The notes beneath the pieces were generated by a model. It made no database searches. It was not told the DNA's origin and saw nothing but the letters and a program-made list of their open reading frames with translations. The translations under genes and the position numbers were made by a program. Of a stretch of 60,074 bases of DNA, positions 14,114-24,090 are shown piece after piece (position 1 is the stretch's first letter; every line of letters starts with the position of its first letter). This DNA is from Leptolyngbya sp. DLM2.Bin15 (GTDB taxonomy: Bacteria > Cyanobacteriota > Cyanobacteriia > RECH01), in contig RECH01000212.1 of the NCBI GenBank assembly GCA_007694125.1, positions 1-60,074 on the forward strand, given 5' to 3'.

Positions 14114-14167
14114 TGCTGAATGCCTCTACCCAAACACAACAGTGGGGATTGCTAGAACAGTCCTAGG

Positions 14168-14222
14168 CTGTGCCGTGACTGTGCCGTGACTGTGCCGTGA
14201 CTATCCTGTGACTGTGCCGTGA
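14168..14222. repeat. 11-bp tandem repeat x5 (CTGTGCCGTGA)
   Basis: Four exact copies and one variant (ctatcctgtga) upstream of dapB. Confidence 0.9.
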
Positions 14223-14268
14223 TGCGATCGCCCAATGGGCATTGTAGTCCAAGTGGGGTGGGCTTGCC

Positions 14269-14937
14269 TCAGCGTGGTGCAGAACCTCGGCGCTGCATCC
14301 AGAGCGGCAATAGGGATAGACCGGCTAGGCCCACTAAGGCCGCGACGAAGGGACGTACACTGCCACCCTCCAAGGCGGTGTGTCCTGTTGCGCCCAGCCA
14401 AGTGTAGGCCAGGGTGCCGGGGATGATGCCAATCAGAGTGCCGAAGGCGTAGGGCTTGAGGGGCAGTGGCGTTAACCCCAGAAGAAAGTTGATGAGGCAG
14501 AAGGGAGAAATCGGCGTGAAGCGAAGGGCTAAAACGCAGGAAAGGGCCTGGCGATCGCTGAGCTGATCCACCCAGGTGAGCAGCTTGTGATGACCGACTC
14601 GTCGCATCAGGCTATCCCGCAAGAGATAGCGCGCGACTAAAAAGGCCGCGATCGCCCCCAAGGTGGCACCCATCACAGACCATATCGTTCCCCACAGGAC
14701 ACCAAAAATGACCCCGCCTGCAATGACCAGAATGGTTCCTGGAATGGAAAGAACAGCCGCGAGGATATGTCCTGCAATAAAAAGTAAAACTGCCCAAGCC
14801 CCCAACTGATTCAACCCATGCACCAAGGCGTGGTAGTCTAACAAAGCCCCAAGCGGTGTGTGGATGAATAACCCAATACCTACACCAACTCCGATCAACG
14901 CCATGATCGGCTTTACCAACCTACCCTTTGGTTGCAT
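14269..14937 (-). CDS. TVP38/TMEM64 (VTT/DedA-like) membrane protein
   Basis: PGTILVIAGGVIFG, GATLGA, LRFTPISPFCLINFLLGLT, GTLIGIIPGT. ATG 14937 preferred over TTG 14961. Confidence 0.9.
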   Translation of the reverse strand: MQPKGRLVKPIMALIGVGVGIGLFIHTPLGALLDYHALVHGLNQLGAWAVLLFIAGHILAAVLSIPGTILVIAGGVIFGVLWGTIWSVMGATLGAIAAFLVARYLLRDSLMRRVGHHKLLTWVDQLSDRQALSCVLALRFTPISPFCLINFLLGLTPLPLKPYAFGTLIGIIPGTLAYTWLGATGHTALEGGSVRPFVAALVGLAGLSLLPLWMQRRGSAPR

Positions 14938-15248
14938 GTGAGAGTCCGTTGCTGAATACAAGCTAAGTCAGGGCAGTCATCTGTACACCCGGGATTGTGG
15001 TTCCCTTGTGTTCGTTTCCCTAGCCTCAGCGTGCCATTGTTCGCAACCAGACACATGAGTTTTTAGTGAGAAAGCACTGAGTTCATTGAGCAAACTATCG
15101 ACGTCTTGAGGTCTCTAGATTGCCAGTATGAACCTTGTGGGAGCAAGGCAATGTGACCTCCGTGGCACTGGATGATGAAGAGTCATGATCCGTAGATGCC
15201 TGAGGTTGCAAATGGTTCAGATGGAATAGCGGTAGGAGCGCGATCGCC

Positions 15249-15350
15249 CTAGGCGCGAAGGCGGCTCACTAAGCGCAACAGCAGATAGATTGCCAAAAGA
15301 TACCCCGCTGCTAGGGCAGGGATGATTAGCGGAACAGTGTTGTAAGTCAT
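15249..15350 (-). CDS. Putative 33-aa single-TM microprotein (MTYNTVPLIIPALAAGYLLAIYLLLRLVSRLRA)
   Basis: Translated by hand, ATG 15350 to TAG 15249. One uninterrupted hydrophobic stretch followed by an Arg-rich end. Below the ORF-track size cutoff. Confidence 0.55.
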   Translation of the reverse strand: MTYNTVPLIIPALAAGYLLAIYLLLRLVSRLRA

Positions 15351-16247
15351 AGCAGTAGTTCGGTAGCGTCAGAGGAGTTCAGAAGCGAGAAGCAACCTAC
15401 GTCTAGAGGACATAGGTGGAAGATAGGTTTTACAAATATGCAAAAGCAGGCGTGGACTGATAAACAGCAACAACGCCCAAGGTTCTTAATGCTATGTATA
15501 TCCAGTACCTAGGCGATCGCCCAGATCGATAAAGTGGGTCGAAACCTGCGCAAACACGGCTCACCAGCTCATGCTAGAGAGAGTATGCGTCTTCTTCATC
15601 TTTTTCGGGCTCCAGCCATCAAAGCTACAACGGAACTGCATCGGTACAAACAAACTGCTAGACAAATGCCTTCAGCAATTCATCAGTCCCATAAGTTTTG
15701 GGTAGCTCGACCTAACACTGGTATAAAGCTTTTGAATCCTTACCTATTAGGTTAACACAGGATCTCCGTTGATCCGGGACTCTTTTTCATGTCACGTTAC
15801 AAAAAAATACAAACCGCCAACGAGATGTCTGTTCAGGACTTGGTCGATTTTGCACAGGGCTATACGAGTGATGAGATCCTAGAACGGATGCGTATAAATA
15901 CGGAGGTGTGATAGGCGGGCACGATAGTACTGAAATACTAGTTGCAATGCATGGTGGAAAAAGCTGAGCTAGTGGTTGGGGACGATGGTGAGATGGGAGG
16001 CGATCGCTCTAGGGATTGGGTGCGGTCGGATGGGAGGATGGGCGATCGCGGGTGCTCTACGCCATTGAATGATCTATAGGGACAGTATGGGTTTATCTAT
16101 GGAGGCTGCAGGTCATCCTAGAAGCAACCCGGACTTCGTGACTCACGGAAAGACTTTGTCTGGCAACACCTTCAGCGATCGCCTCAGGGGAGCGATCGCA
16201 GCTAGATCATTTACAACCCGGAGCGTTGACTTAGAATGAAGATAGAA

Positions 16248-16265
16248 TATGTAAAATTTCGTAAC
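16248..16265 (-). promoter_or_regulatory. HLR1-like (RpaB) direct-repeat site upstream of sds
   Basis: The minus strand reads GTTACGAA-AT-TTTACATA against consensus (G/T)TTACA(T/A)(T/A)-N2-(G/T)TTACA(T/A)(T/A), one mismatch. Confidence 0.6.
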
Positions 16266-16288
16266 CTAAAGTCAGGTTCAGCCTACCC

Positions 16289-17260
16289 ATGACCTCAGCG
16301 CTTTCTCTCTTTTCCCCCGTCGAAGCCGATCTGAGTTTGCTTTCTGAGAACTTGAAGCAGTTGGTTGGTGCGCGTCATCCAATCTTATACGCGGCCGCAG
16401 AGCATTTATTTGGGGCATCTGGGAAGCGCATGAGGCCTGCCATAGTTCTGCTCCTCTCGCGAGCCTCCGCAGCCGATGGATGCATCACCCCTCGCCATCG
16501 CCGCCTTGCCGAAATCACCGAGATGATTCACACCGCCAGCCTGGTTCATGATGACGTCGTGGATGAATCGGAGGTACGGCGCGGCATTCCAACCGTCCAC
16601 AGCAGCTTTGGCAATCGCGTGGCAGTGTTAGCTGGCGACTTTTTGTTTGCCCAGTCGTCTTGGTATTTGGCCAACCTCGACAACCTTGAGGTGGTGAAAC
16701 TGCTCTCGCAGGTGATTATGGATTTGGCGGAGGGCGAAATTCGCCAAGGGCTCAATCGCTTTGAAACCGATCTTTCCCTAGAAGCGTATTTAGAAAAGAG
16801 TTACTACAAAACAGCATCCTTGATTGCCAACAGCGCCAAGGCGGCAGCGGTGCTCAGTGAGGTGTCTGCAGCTTGGGCTGATGACTTCTATCACTATGGC
16901 CGTCATTTGGGACTAGCGTTTCAAATCGTCGATGACATTCTCGACTTTACGGGCTCCGCTGATTCCCTAGGCAAGCCGGCCGGCTCCGATCTCAAAAGTG
17001 GGAATCTAACCGCTCCGGTTCTCTATGCTATTGAAGAAAAACCCTATTTAGAAACTCTGATCGAACGAGAGTTTGCCCAAGATGGTGATCTAGACCAAGC
17101 GATCGCCCTGGTGGTGGCTAGCGAAGGCATTCAGCGATCGCGAGACTTGGCTGCTCACCATGCCCAAACGGCCGTACAGCATCTAGAATGTCTGCCAGCT
17201 TCCGACGAACGGCAAGCCCTGGTTAGCTTGGGAGAGTATGTCTTACGGCGGTTGTACTAA
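16289..17260 (+). CDS. sds: Solanesyl diphosphate synthase
   Basis: GKRMRP, first Asp-rich motif HDDVVD..RRG, second FQIVDDILD, KTASL; 323 aa, typical of cyanobacterial Sds. Confidence 0.93.
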   Translation: MTSALSLFSPVEADLSLLSENLKQLVGARHPILYAAAEHLFGASGKRMRPAIVLLLSRASAADGCITPRHRRLAEITEMIHTASLVHDDVVDESEVRRGIPTVHSSFGNRVAVLAGDFLFAQSSWYLANLDNLEVVKLLSQVIMDLAEGEIRQGLNRFETDLSLEAYLEKSYYKTASLIANSAKAAAVLSEVSAAWADDFYHYGRHLGLAFQIVDDILDFTGSADSLGKPAGSDLKSGNLTAPVLYAIEEKPYLETLIEREFAQDGDLDQAIALVVASEGIQRSRDLAAHHAQTAVQHLECLPASDERQALVSLGEYVLRRLY

Positions 17261-17517
17261 GCTTGCGATCGCTTCCCCCTAGACGGGCGATCGGAGCTGG
17301 GTGGTCAGCAACCCAAGGGGTGATGGTTTAAGAGAGCGATCGCTGCCGTTCTCCACGTAGTTTCACGGATTTGTCCGTAGATTTACGGTGTGTTTGAGCG
17401 ATATGGCTACATGGGTGAAGAAGGGTGTACTACTCAGTCTTCCGTTTTCTAGTGTGAGAAGAACATCGCGATCAGTCTGCTATTTTATGTTGGTCAATAT
17501 GCTTGTTAACCCAGTCC

Positions 17518-18000
17518 TCAAGCTAGGTCTGGCGGTATGCTCTGCGCATTTTTCCAGCGCTGTAATTGTGCCTGAATTAGGGTTTGTAGATCCGATTGGC
17601 GGATTTCTGTACCGGTTGACAGGTTGCCAGGTTCATTAAAAAAAACTGTGCTATCTACGGTTTTCATTGATGCAACTTGGAACAGAATATGGATAACAGG
17701 AGTGGGAAATGCCATCAATTGTGGATTCTTAAAGGCAAATGGGGCATTCGCAGCATCATTCAACGTTGGGAATGCGTAAATCACCTTTTTTTCTACATCG
17801 GGTTCATTTCGACTACTCAGGGTTGTGATAACCCAATTCTGATCCAGGGTTTGCAGTACGTAATACTCAGGTTGTTTGAGTTGTTGAGCAATCTGCTTCA
17901 GTACAGGCGCGATCGCCTCTACCACACCAGGTGTCTGACCATCCTGAGGAGCCTGGTCAACTAGCGTTTGAATTTGTTGGTCTAATTGGTCTAAATCCAT
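17518..18000 (-). CDS. Conserved cyanobacterial hypothetical protein
   Basis: 160-aa ORF with plausible composition (APQDG.TP, YYVLQTLDQNW, IYAFPT, C-terminal IPPDLA), divergent from hetZ. Confidence 0.75.
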   Translation of the reverse strand: MDLDQLDQQIQTLVDQAPQDGQTPGVVEAIAPVLKQIAQQLKQPEYYVLQTLDQNWVITTLSSRNEPDVEKKVIYAFPTLNDAANAPFAFKNPQLMAFPTPVIHILFQVASMKTVDSTVFFNEPGNLSTGTEIRQSDLQTLIQAQLQRWKNAQSIPPDLA

Positions 18001-18747
18001 AAAAAAATTAACGGCCTATCCGCAACAGCATCTAATTTAAGAGCACCGTTCCCCCAGTCTAAACCGTTGTTCCCTCGTCGTTCTGCTTAAGTTGCAAACA
18101 TTTGGGGCTGATCTCCCAGCCAAGTGGTTGCAGCGGGCACTAGACGACTGGCGTGTTTTTCACCAAGGTTGAGTTTGATTAAGCGTGGTTGATCAAGCTA
18201 AGCCCGTGATCTGGAGAGGGTGTGGAACCCGTTGTCCGCCGGATCGTTGGAACCGGTTGCTCTGGTGGCGGGATGGTGCTAGATCCTGTGGCGTTGGACG
18301 TTAGGGGGCGATCGCTTTGGGTTGTGTAACACTCCATATCACCCATAAAGGCGTTTCGCGAAATAGTGTTTTATGCTGGATGGGCAAAACGAAAGCCTAT
18401 CTGGGCAGACTGGATCATGGATACCTCACAGCATGGATATACCGCAGCAGGATGGGATGGATGTCCCAGGGATGGATGCGTAGCTCAGCTATGAAGGATG
18501 GCGGATGGGTGAACGTCAGGCTAGATTCAATCAGCAGCGAAGCTGGTCTAGATCTTGCTTGATGAATGACGCGCTCAAGATCATGTCTAGCTATGGCGTA
18601 GCCTGTCGCCCGGTGAATCCCTAGGTAGGGCATGAACCAGGAGACTTGTGCGGTGGATTGAGCGCGATCGCCATGGGAGTGGGTATATATTCAGCGATCA
18701 TGCAACGGTCACGAAACGGTCACTAATCAGGGGAGAGCATCTAAAGC

Positions 18748-19857
18748 GTGGGGTCGATTTCTGAACTGCTATTTCAAGAATTCCGGGATGCTACCCAAGC
18801 CTCTGCTCAACACTGTCGAGAGGTGTCACTTCGTTTAGCGAATGAAGTGAGTCGCATTTGCACCGAAAGCCAGCGCATTCAGCGTTCGGGGGAGGTGGAA
18901 ACCTGGATGGTGACGCTGGCCCGGCACCGGCTAAATCAATGCCTGAAGTACAATCGCTTGGGGTCGCGACGCGGACGGGTTGAGCTACACAGCACCCTCA
19001 GCGCCGTGATCTATCGCTACATTACGCCGCCCCAAGTGCAGTCTAGCTATCAGGCGCGGCTGACGTTGATTGAAGACTTCCTGCAGGGGTTTTACATCGA
19101 ATCGCTCAATGCCTTTCGCCGGGAAAATCAGGTGCCCAGTGACTATCGACCGCGTAGCTTGCTGGAGCTTTCGGAATATATGGCATTTACCGAACGCTAT
19201 GGAAAGCGGCGCATTCCGCTGCCGGGGAGACGCAGCCAGCAGTTGATTATCCTGCGGGCCCAGACCTTTTCCCAGCAGCAGCCTCCCGAAACCATGGTGG
19301 ATATGGAGCAGGCGGCGGAGGGTAGTAGTCCTGATGGCGATCGCAGTTGGAGTACGGCACCTTTGCAGCAGGTGCGCGAACAAATGGTGGCGCGGGAGCC
19401 CGACACGGATGAAAGTTCTCTGCGGCGCACGGTCATTCAAGAGCTAATGGCCTACCTAGAAGAACGGCAACAGGAAGACTGTGCTAACTACTTTGCTCTG
19501 CGCCTGAAAGATCTCCCAGCTAGCGAGATTGAGGCTATCTTAGGACTAACGCCACGCCAGCGCGACTATTTACAGCAGCGGTTTAAATATCATTTAATTC
19601 GCTTTGCCCTATCCCATCATTGGGAACTAGTGCATCAGTGGCTGGAGGCGGACTTAGAGCGCAACTTTGGTCTGACGCCTCAGCAGTGGGCTCGCCTGCA
19701 GGAGCAAATTACGCCGAAGCAGGTAGAACTCTTGCAGTTGAAGCAAGACAAGGTGGAGGATGGGGCGATCGCTCAGATCCTCGGCTGTACCCTCACGCAA
19801 CTTCACAAACAATGGTCAAAACTGCTAGAACTGGCCTGGGAAATTCGCAACAGTTAG
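18748..19857 (+). CDS. hetZ: HetZ family regulator
   Basis: GRVELHSTLSAVIYRYI, ELSEYMAFTERYGKRRIPLPGRRSQQLIILRAQTFSQQQPPE, ILGLTPRQRDYLQQRFKYHL match HetZ as I recall it. GTG start with a GGGGAGAG RBS; followed by patU. Confidence 0.88.
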   Translation: MGSISELLFQEFRDATQASAQHCREVSLRLANEVSRICTESQRIQRSGEVETWMVTLARHRLNQCLKYNRLGSRRGRVELHSTLSAVIYRYITPPQVQSSYQARLTLIEDFLQGFYIESLNAFRRENQVPSDYRPRSLLELSEYMAFTERYGKRRIPLPGRRSQQLIILRAQTFSQQQPPETMVDMEQAAEGSSPDGDRSWSTAPLQQVREQMVAREPDTDESSLRRTVIQELMAYLEERQQEDCANYFALRLKDLPASEIEAILGLTPRQRDYLQQRFKYHLIRFALSHHWELVHQWLEADLERNFGLTPQQWARLQEQITPKQVELLQLKQDKVEDGAIAQILGCTLTQLHKQWSKLLELAWEIRNS

Positions 19858-19976
19858 CCCTTGAGGTGGCATCGAGCTTGTTTGCTGGTGTAAGGCGTTG
19901 GGCGATCGCTATCTCCTCTGCCTGAAAATTACTCGTGCGATCGCTGATGCAGTATCCGGAGCAACGGGATCAACCC

Positions 19977-21008
19977 ATGAATAAAGACCCAGAAGCGATA
20001 AAACATCTACTTGCATGGCTGTTGCAAGAACCAAGCCTAAGCGCAATGAACCCGCCTGATATGACGACGAGCCATGGGGTTGGCTCCGACTCATCTGGGA
20101 GTTTGGATGCACAGTCTTCAAATCATTTAGACCCCCTCGATTCTGAGGATATAGACCCCACGCTAGAGATCCTTGGTGAATCGAGCCGCCGTTTGTTTGA
20201 GCAAACATCCTTTGAACTGGGAGATATACCTGTCGTGCAAGACCGTTTCCATGCTCTGTTGAAGCGTCGGCTCCAGTCAGAAATTGAACAGAACCCCCCC
20301 CTGTTCCCCTGGGAGTCCGAACTCTGTGATTATGCCGCTGAGCCTGTAGACTTAGCTACTCCAGCCCTAGTTCCCACTGGGTTTTGGGAGGCTCAGCTGA
20401 AAGACCGTCTCAATATTCCCGTCGCGATGCCGGATGGGGTGCTGGCAACCCTGCTCAGCCAATGCCAATCGGTCATTCAACTCTCTCTGCGGGAAGGTGC
20501 CAAGCTGGTGCAGGCCGTGGAGACGTTGTTTCCTGGCGAAGCCCGAACCCTCAACCAACTGGCTGGGTTAGTTTTAGCGCCCCCCACCCGGTCTGAGTCG
20601 ATGACCTTGGCCAACCAAACTGGGTTGCCGAAAAGCTATGATGCGGCCACCCAGCCTCAGCAGATGGCCCTGTCTCTGCTGGCAGCGCGGGAAATTCTGA
20701 ACCTGCTCACCTTAGATGTGTCGGCTAGCCAGCCCACCGCTACCCGTCAGTGGCTCACCCCCATGGGCGTGCTGACCCTAACGACCACCTATCAGGTGGA
20801 TATGGGACAGCTCCGCATCCAAGGGCAGTTGCCTTGTCAGGGTAGCCTGACCTTGCAGGGGGGCGATGCCCAAGCGACGGCTCAACGGTCGAGCGAAGGC
20901 CGTCTGGGCGTCGAGTTGTTTGATATTACACCGGGGCAAGCCTATACGCTGACGATTAATGCTGCCGGCTTAACCCAACCTCTCCTCTTTGCGATTCATC
21001 CCCATTAG
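19977..21008 (+). CDS. patU: PatU (PatU3-like) protein
   Basis: LLAWLL, DPLDSE, VQDRFHALLKRRL, PPLFPWE, GAKLVQAVETLFP, QQMALSLLAA, QPLLFAI; directly downstream of hetZ. Confidence 0.82.
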   Translation: MNKDPEAIKHLLAWLLQEPSLSAMNPPDMTTSHGVGSDSSGSLDAQSSNHLDPLDSEDIDPTLEILGESSRRLFEQTSFELGDIPVVQDRFHALLKRRLQSEIEQNPPLFPWESELCDYAAEPVDLATPALVPTGFWEAQLKDRLNIPVAMPDGVLATLLSQCQSVIQLSLREGAKLVQAVETLFPGEARTLNQLAGLVLAPPTRSESMTLANQTGLPKSYDAATQPQQMALSLLAAREILNLLTLDVSASQPTATRQWLTPMGVLTLTTTYQVDMGQLRIQGQLPCQGSLTLQGGDAQATAQRSSEGRLGVELFDITPGQAYTLTINAAGLTQPLLFAIHPH

Positions 21009-21380
21009 CCTCCTAGGACTTCGATGTCATCTGTGCCACAGCATCATGCTGGGCCCAGCGTGAGCGATCGCCATCATTAGGGGAGGGCCGGTATGTGTCC
21101 TAGGCTGAAACCATCACTGCGCGTCTCAGGTATCCAACTTGATGGCGCGCAGTTTGCATGGGGGACGGCTGCTTGCCTGAGGACAAGGGTTGTTTAACAG
21201 GGGGATGTCTGAATCCATGGCTCAAGTATGTCTAACTGTGCCAAACGGTTAAGAAAAAGGGCGATCGCGTTCTACCGGCCCTAAAAACACCGTATGGTTT
21301 TTAATGAGACGGGTTGTGCTGTAGCCTACGCCTCTATGGTGCGGAGCACAACATACCTTACGCATTGGGAACCTTAAGCT

Positions 21381-23351
21381 ATGTCAGAATCTACAATTGA
21401 GTCGGTTTTACAGGAGAAGCGGGTCTTCTATCCCTCGGCTGAGTTTTCGTCCCAGGCGCAGGTTAAGAGCCTCGATGAGTATCAGCACCTCTACGATCGC
21501 GCTCAGGCGGATCCGCAAACATTTTGGGCAGAGCTGGCTGAGCAGGAACTGCATTGGTTCAAGCCTTGGCATACCGTATTAGACTGGCAACCCCCCTTTG
21601 CTCAGTGGTTTGTGGGCGGGCAGACCAATGTGTCCTACAACTGTCTAGATCGCCATCTCACCACGTGGCGGCGGAATAAGGCGGCGCTGATCTGGGAGGG
21701 CGAACCCGGTGACTCCCGCACCCTCACCTATGCCCAGCTTCATCGGGAGGTGTGCCAATTTGCCAATGCCCTCAAGCAGTTGGGCGTGGGCAAGGGTGAT
21801 GTGGTGGGCATTTATATGCCGATGATCCCGGAAGCGGCGATCGCCATGTTGGCCTGTGCTCGAATCGGCGCGCCCCACAGTGTGGTGTTCGGCGGCTTCA
21901 GTGCGGAGGCCGTACGCGATCGCTTGGCCGATGGTAAGGCTAAGCTGGTGGTGACGGCGGATGGCGGATGGCGGAAAGATGCGATCGTGCCCCTCAAAAC
22001 CCAAGTGGATCGAGCGATCGCTGATGGCGCGGTGCCGACGGTGGAGAACGTGCTGGTGGTGCGGCGCACCGGCCAAGACATTGACATGCAGCCAGGGCGC
22101 GACCATTGGTGGCACGAGCTCCAGCCCACGGTGTCGGCAGATTGTCCGGCAGAACCCATGGACAGTGAAGATGTGCTGTTCGTGCTCTACACCTCCGGCA
22201 GCACCGGAAAACCCAAGGGTGTGGTGCATACCACCGCAGGCTATAACCTCTACGCCCACATGACCACCAAGTGGATTTTTGATCTGCGCGACACGGATGT
22301 CTACTGGTGTACGGCAGACGTGGGTTGGATTACCGGACATAGCTACATCGTCTATGGCCCGCTCTCGAATGGGGCCACCAGCGTGATGTATGAAGGCGCA
22401 CCCCGCCCGTCCAATCCCGGTTGTTTCTGGGATGTCGTGGAAAAATATGGCGTCACCATTTTCTACACCGCTCCCACCGCAATTCGGGCCTTTATCAAAA
22501 TGGGGTCGGACTTGCCCCTAGCCCGTGACCTGTCCTCCCTGCGCCTACTGGGCACCGTGGGCGAACCGATTAACCCAGAAGCCTGGATGTGGTATCACAC
22601 GGTGATTGGCAAGGAACGCTGTCCCATTGTGGATACCTGGTGGCAAACGGAGACCGGTGGTGTGATGATTACGCCGCTGCCGGGAGCAACGCCCACCAAG
22701 CCAGGTTCAGCCACGCGGCCGTTGCCAGGCATTTTGGCAGATATCGTTGACCTCGATGGCAACTCGGTACCAGATAACGAGGGCGGCTATCTAGTGGTTC
22801 GCCATCCTTGGCCAGGGATGATGCGCACGGTCTACGGCGACCCCGATCGCTTCCGGCGTACCTATTGGGAGCATATTCCCCCCAAGGACGGCCAGTATCT
22901 CTACTTCGCGGGGGATGGAGCCCGGCGGGATGAAGATGGCTACTTCTGGGTGATGGGCCGCGTGGATGATGTGATCAACGTTGCGGGTCATCGCTTGGGC
23001 ACCATGGAGATTGAATCTGCCTTAGTGTCCCATCCAGCGGTGGCGGAAGCAGCGGTGGTGGGTCGTCCTGATGAGGTGAAGGGGAATGAAATTGTTGCCT
23101 TCGTGACCTTAGAGAGCGATCAAGAACCCACTGAGGAATTAGCCAAGGCGCTGAAAAAACACGTTGGGCAAGAAATTGGGGCGATCGCTCGTCCGGGCGA
23201 TATTCGCTTCAGTGATGCCTTACCCAAGACGCGATCGGGTAAGATTATGCGTCGTCTATTGCGCTCGATTGCTTCTGGGCAAGAAGTGTCTGGAGATACG
23301 TCAACCCTAGAAGATCGCTCGGTGCTCGATAAGCTACGGGGCGGTGCCTAG
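21381..23351 (+). CDS. acs: Acetyl-CoA synthetase (acetate-CoA ligase)
   Basis: [45 protein letters not shown]. Confidence 0.98.
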   Translation: MSESTIESVLQEKRVFYPSAEFSSQAQVKSLDEYQHLYDRAQADPQTFWAELAEQELHWFKPWHTVLDWQPPFAQWFVGGQTNVSYNCLDRHLTTWRRNKAALIWEGEPGDSRTLTYAQLHREVCQFANALKQLGVGKGDVVGIYMPMIPEAAIAMLACARIGAPHSVVFGGFSAEAVRDRLADGKAKLVVTADGGWRKDAIVPLKTQVDRAIADGAVPTVENVLVVRRTGQDIDMQPGRDHWWHELQPTVSADCPAEPMDSEDVLFVLYTSGSTGKPKGVVHTTAGYNLYAHMTTKWIFDLRDTDVYWCTADVGWITGHSYIVYGPLSNGATSVMYEGAPRPSNPGCFWDVVEKYGVTIFYTAPTAIRAFIKMGSDLPLARDLSSLRLLGTVGEPINPEAWMWYHTVIGKERCPIVDTWWQTETGGVMITPLPGATPTKPGSATRPLPGILADIVDLDGNSVPDNEGGYLVVRHPWPGMMRTVYGDPDRFRRTYWEHIPPKDGQYLYFAGDGARRDEDGYFWVMGRVDDVINVAGHRLGTMEIESALVSHPAVAEAAVVGRPDEVKGNEIVAFVTLESDQEPTEELAKALKKHVGQEIGAIARPGDIRFSDALPKTRSGKIMRRLLRSIASGQEVSGDTSTLEDRSVLDKLRGGA

Positions 23352-23375
23352 AGTCAATGGCTAAACGTCAACCTT

Positions 23376-23418
23376 GAACATCTGAGGGTGGGGATTTTCC
23401 TCACCCTCAGATGTTTCT
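23376..23418 (+). terminator. Strong hairpin/terminator after acs
   Basis: Near-perfect long stem aacatctgagggtgggga/ttcctcaccctcagatgtt. Confidence 0.75.
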
Positions 23419-23521
23419 GTCAGCCGTGCTTGTGTCATCAATAACGCAAGGTTGATGGCATCACAACTATGGAAGACCCTACGGCATCTCTGCCGGTGAA
23501 TGTGCTGTGCTACGAGAGTTT

Positions 23522-23568
23522 TTCGATTGCTTCGACTGCTTCGATTGTTGCGTTTGTTGAGCTATACT
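23522..23568 (+). promoter_or_regulatory. Four 9-bp direct repeats over the -35 region plus a TATACT -10 box
   Basis: ttcgattgc ttcgactgc ttcgattgt tgcgtttgt (23522-23557); TATACT at 23563-23568; ATG at 23602. Confidence 0.6.
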
Positions 23569-23601
23569 GTTGGACAAGAGACGCAAAGTTGGAAGGGTAC
23601 T

Positions 23602-24090
23602 ATGGCTAAAAACATCACTGATGCTCAAGCGACGATTGCGCCAACTGCAGCCGATACAGCGCTTGCGCGTGAGTCAAGTCGTCAACTATCAAAAATTCTA
23701 GATAAATATTCTCCAGTTAGCGACCACATACCAGACGTCCGTCTGCTTGTGCAAGCAGATGATGAACCAGAAGAGGTGGTTATTATTCCAGCTTCTGCCT
23801 TTCGCCTTTTGACGGATATTCTGGCGCAGATGGCTTGCGGTAATGCGGTCACGTTGATTCCTGTACATGCTGAATTGACAACTCAACAGGCAGCAGATCT
23901 ATTGAATGTATCGCGCCCATTTTTAATTAGTTTGATTGAGAATGACAAGATTCCGTATCGAAAAGTCGGAACCCATCGTCGGATACGCTTTGATGATCTC
24001 ATGGCGTATAAGCAGGCCATTGATCAAGCACGACTTCAAACGCTTGAAGAACTTGCACGTGAGGCCCAAGAGCTTGATATGGGTTATTGA
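23602..24090 (+). CDS. Excisionase-like (HTH_17/MerR-like) DNA-binding protein, putative antitoxin
   Basis: ELTTQQAADLLNVSRPFLISLIENDKIPYRKVGTHRRIRFDDLMAYK. ATG 23602 preferred; the stop overlaps the next start (TGATG). Confidence 0.88.
   Translation: MAKNITDAQATIAPTAADTALARESSRQLSKILDKYSPVSDHIPDVRLLVQADDEPEEVVIIPASAFRLLTDILAQMACGNAVTLIPVHAELTTQQAADLLNVSRPFLISLIENDKIPYRKVGTHRRIRFDDLMAYKQAIDQARLQTLEELAREAQELDMGY

Noticed and set aside
18611-18638. Possible HetR sites upstream of hetZ (CGG-TGAAT-CCC, GGG-CATGA-ACC)
   Set aside because: Each is only a 5/6 match to GGG-N5-CCC, which is expected by chance in GC-rich DNA.
23500-23601. N-terminal extension RLLRLLRLLRLL of the HTH protein
   Set aside because: This is just the translation of the 9-bp promoter repeats. 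A -10 box and purine-rich RBS point to ATG 23602.
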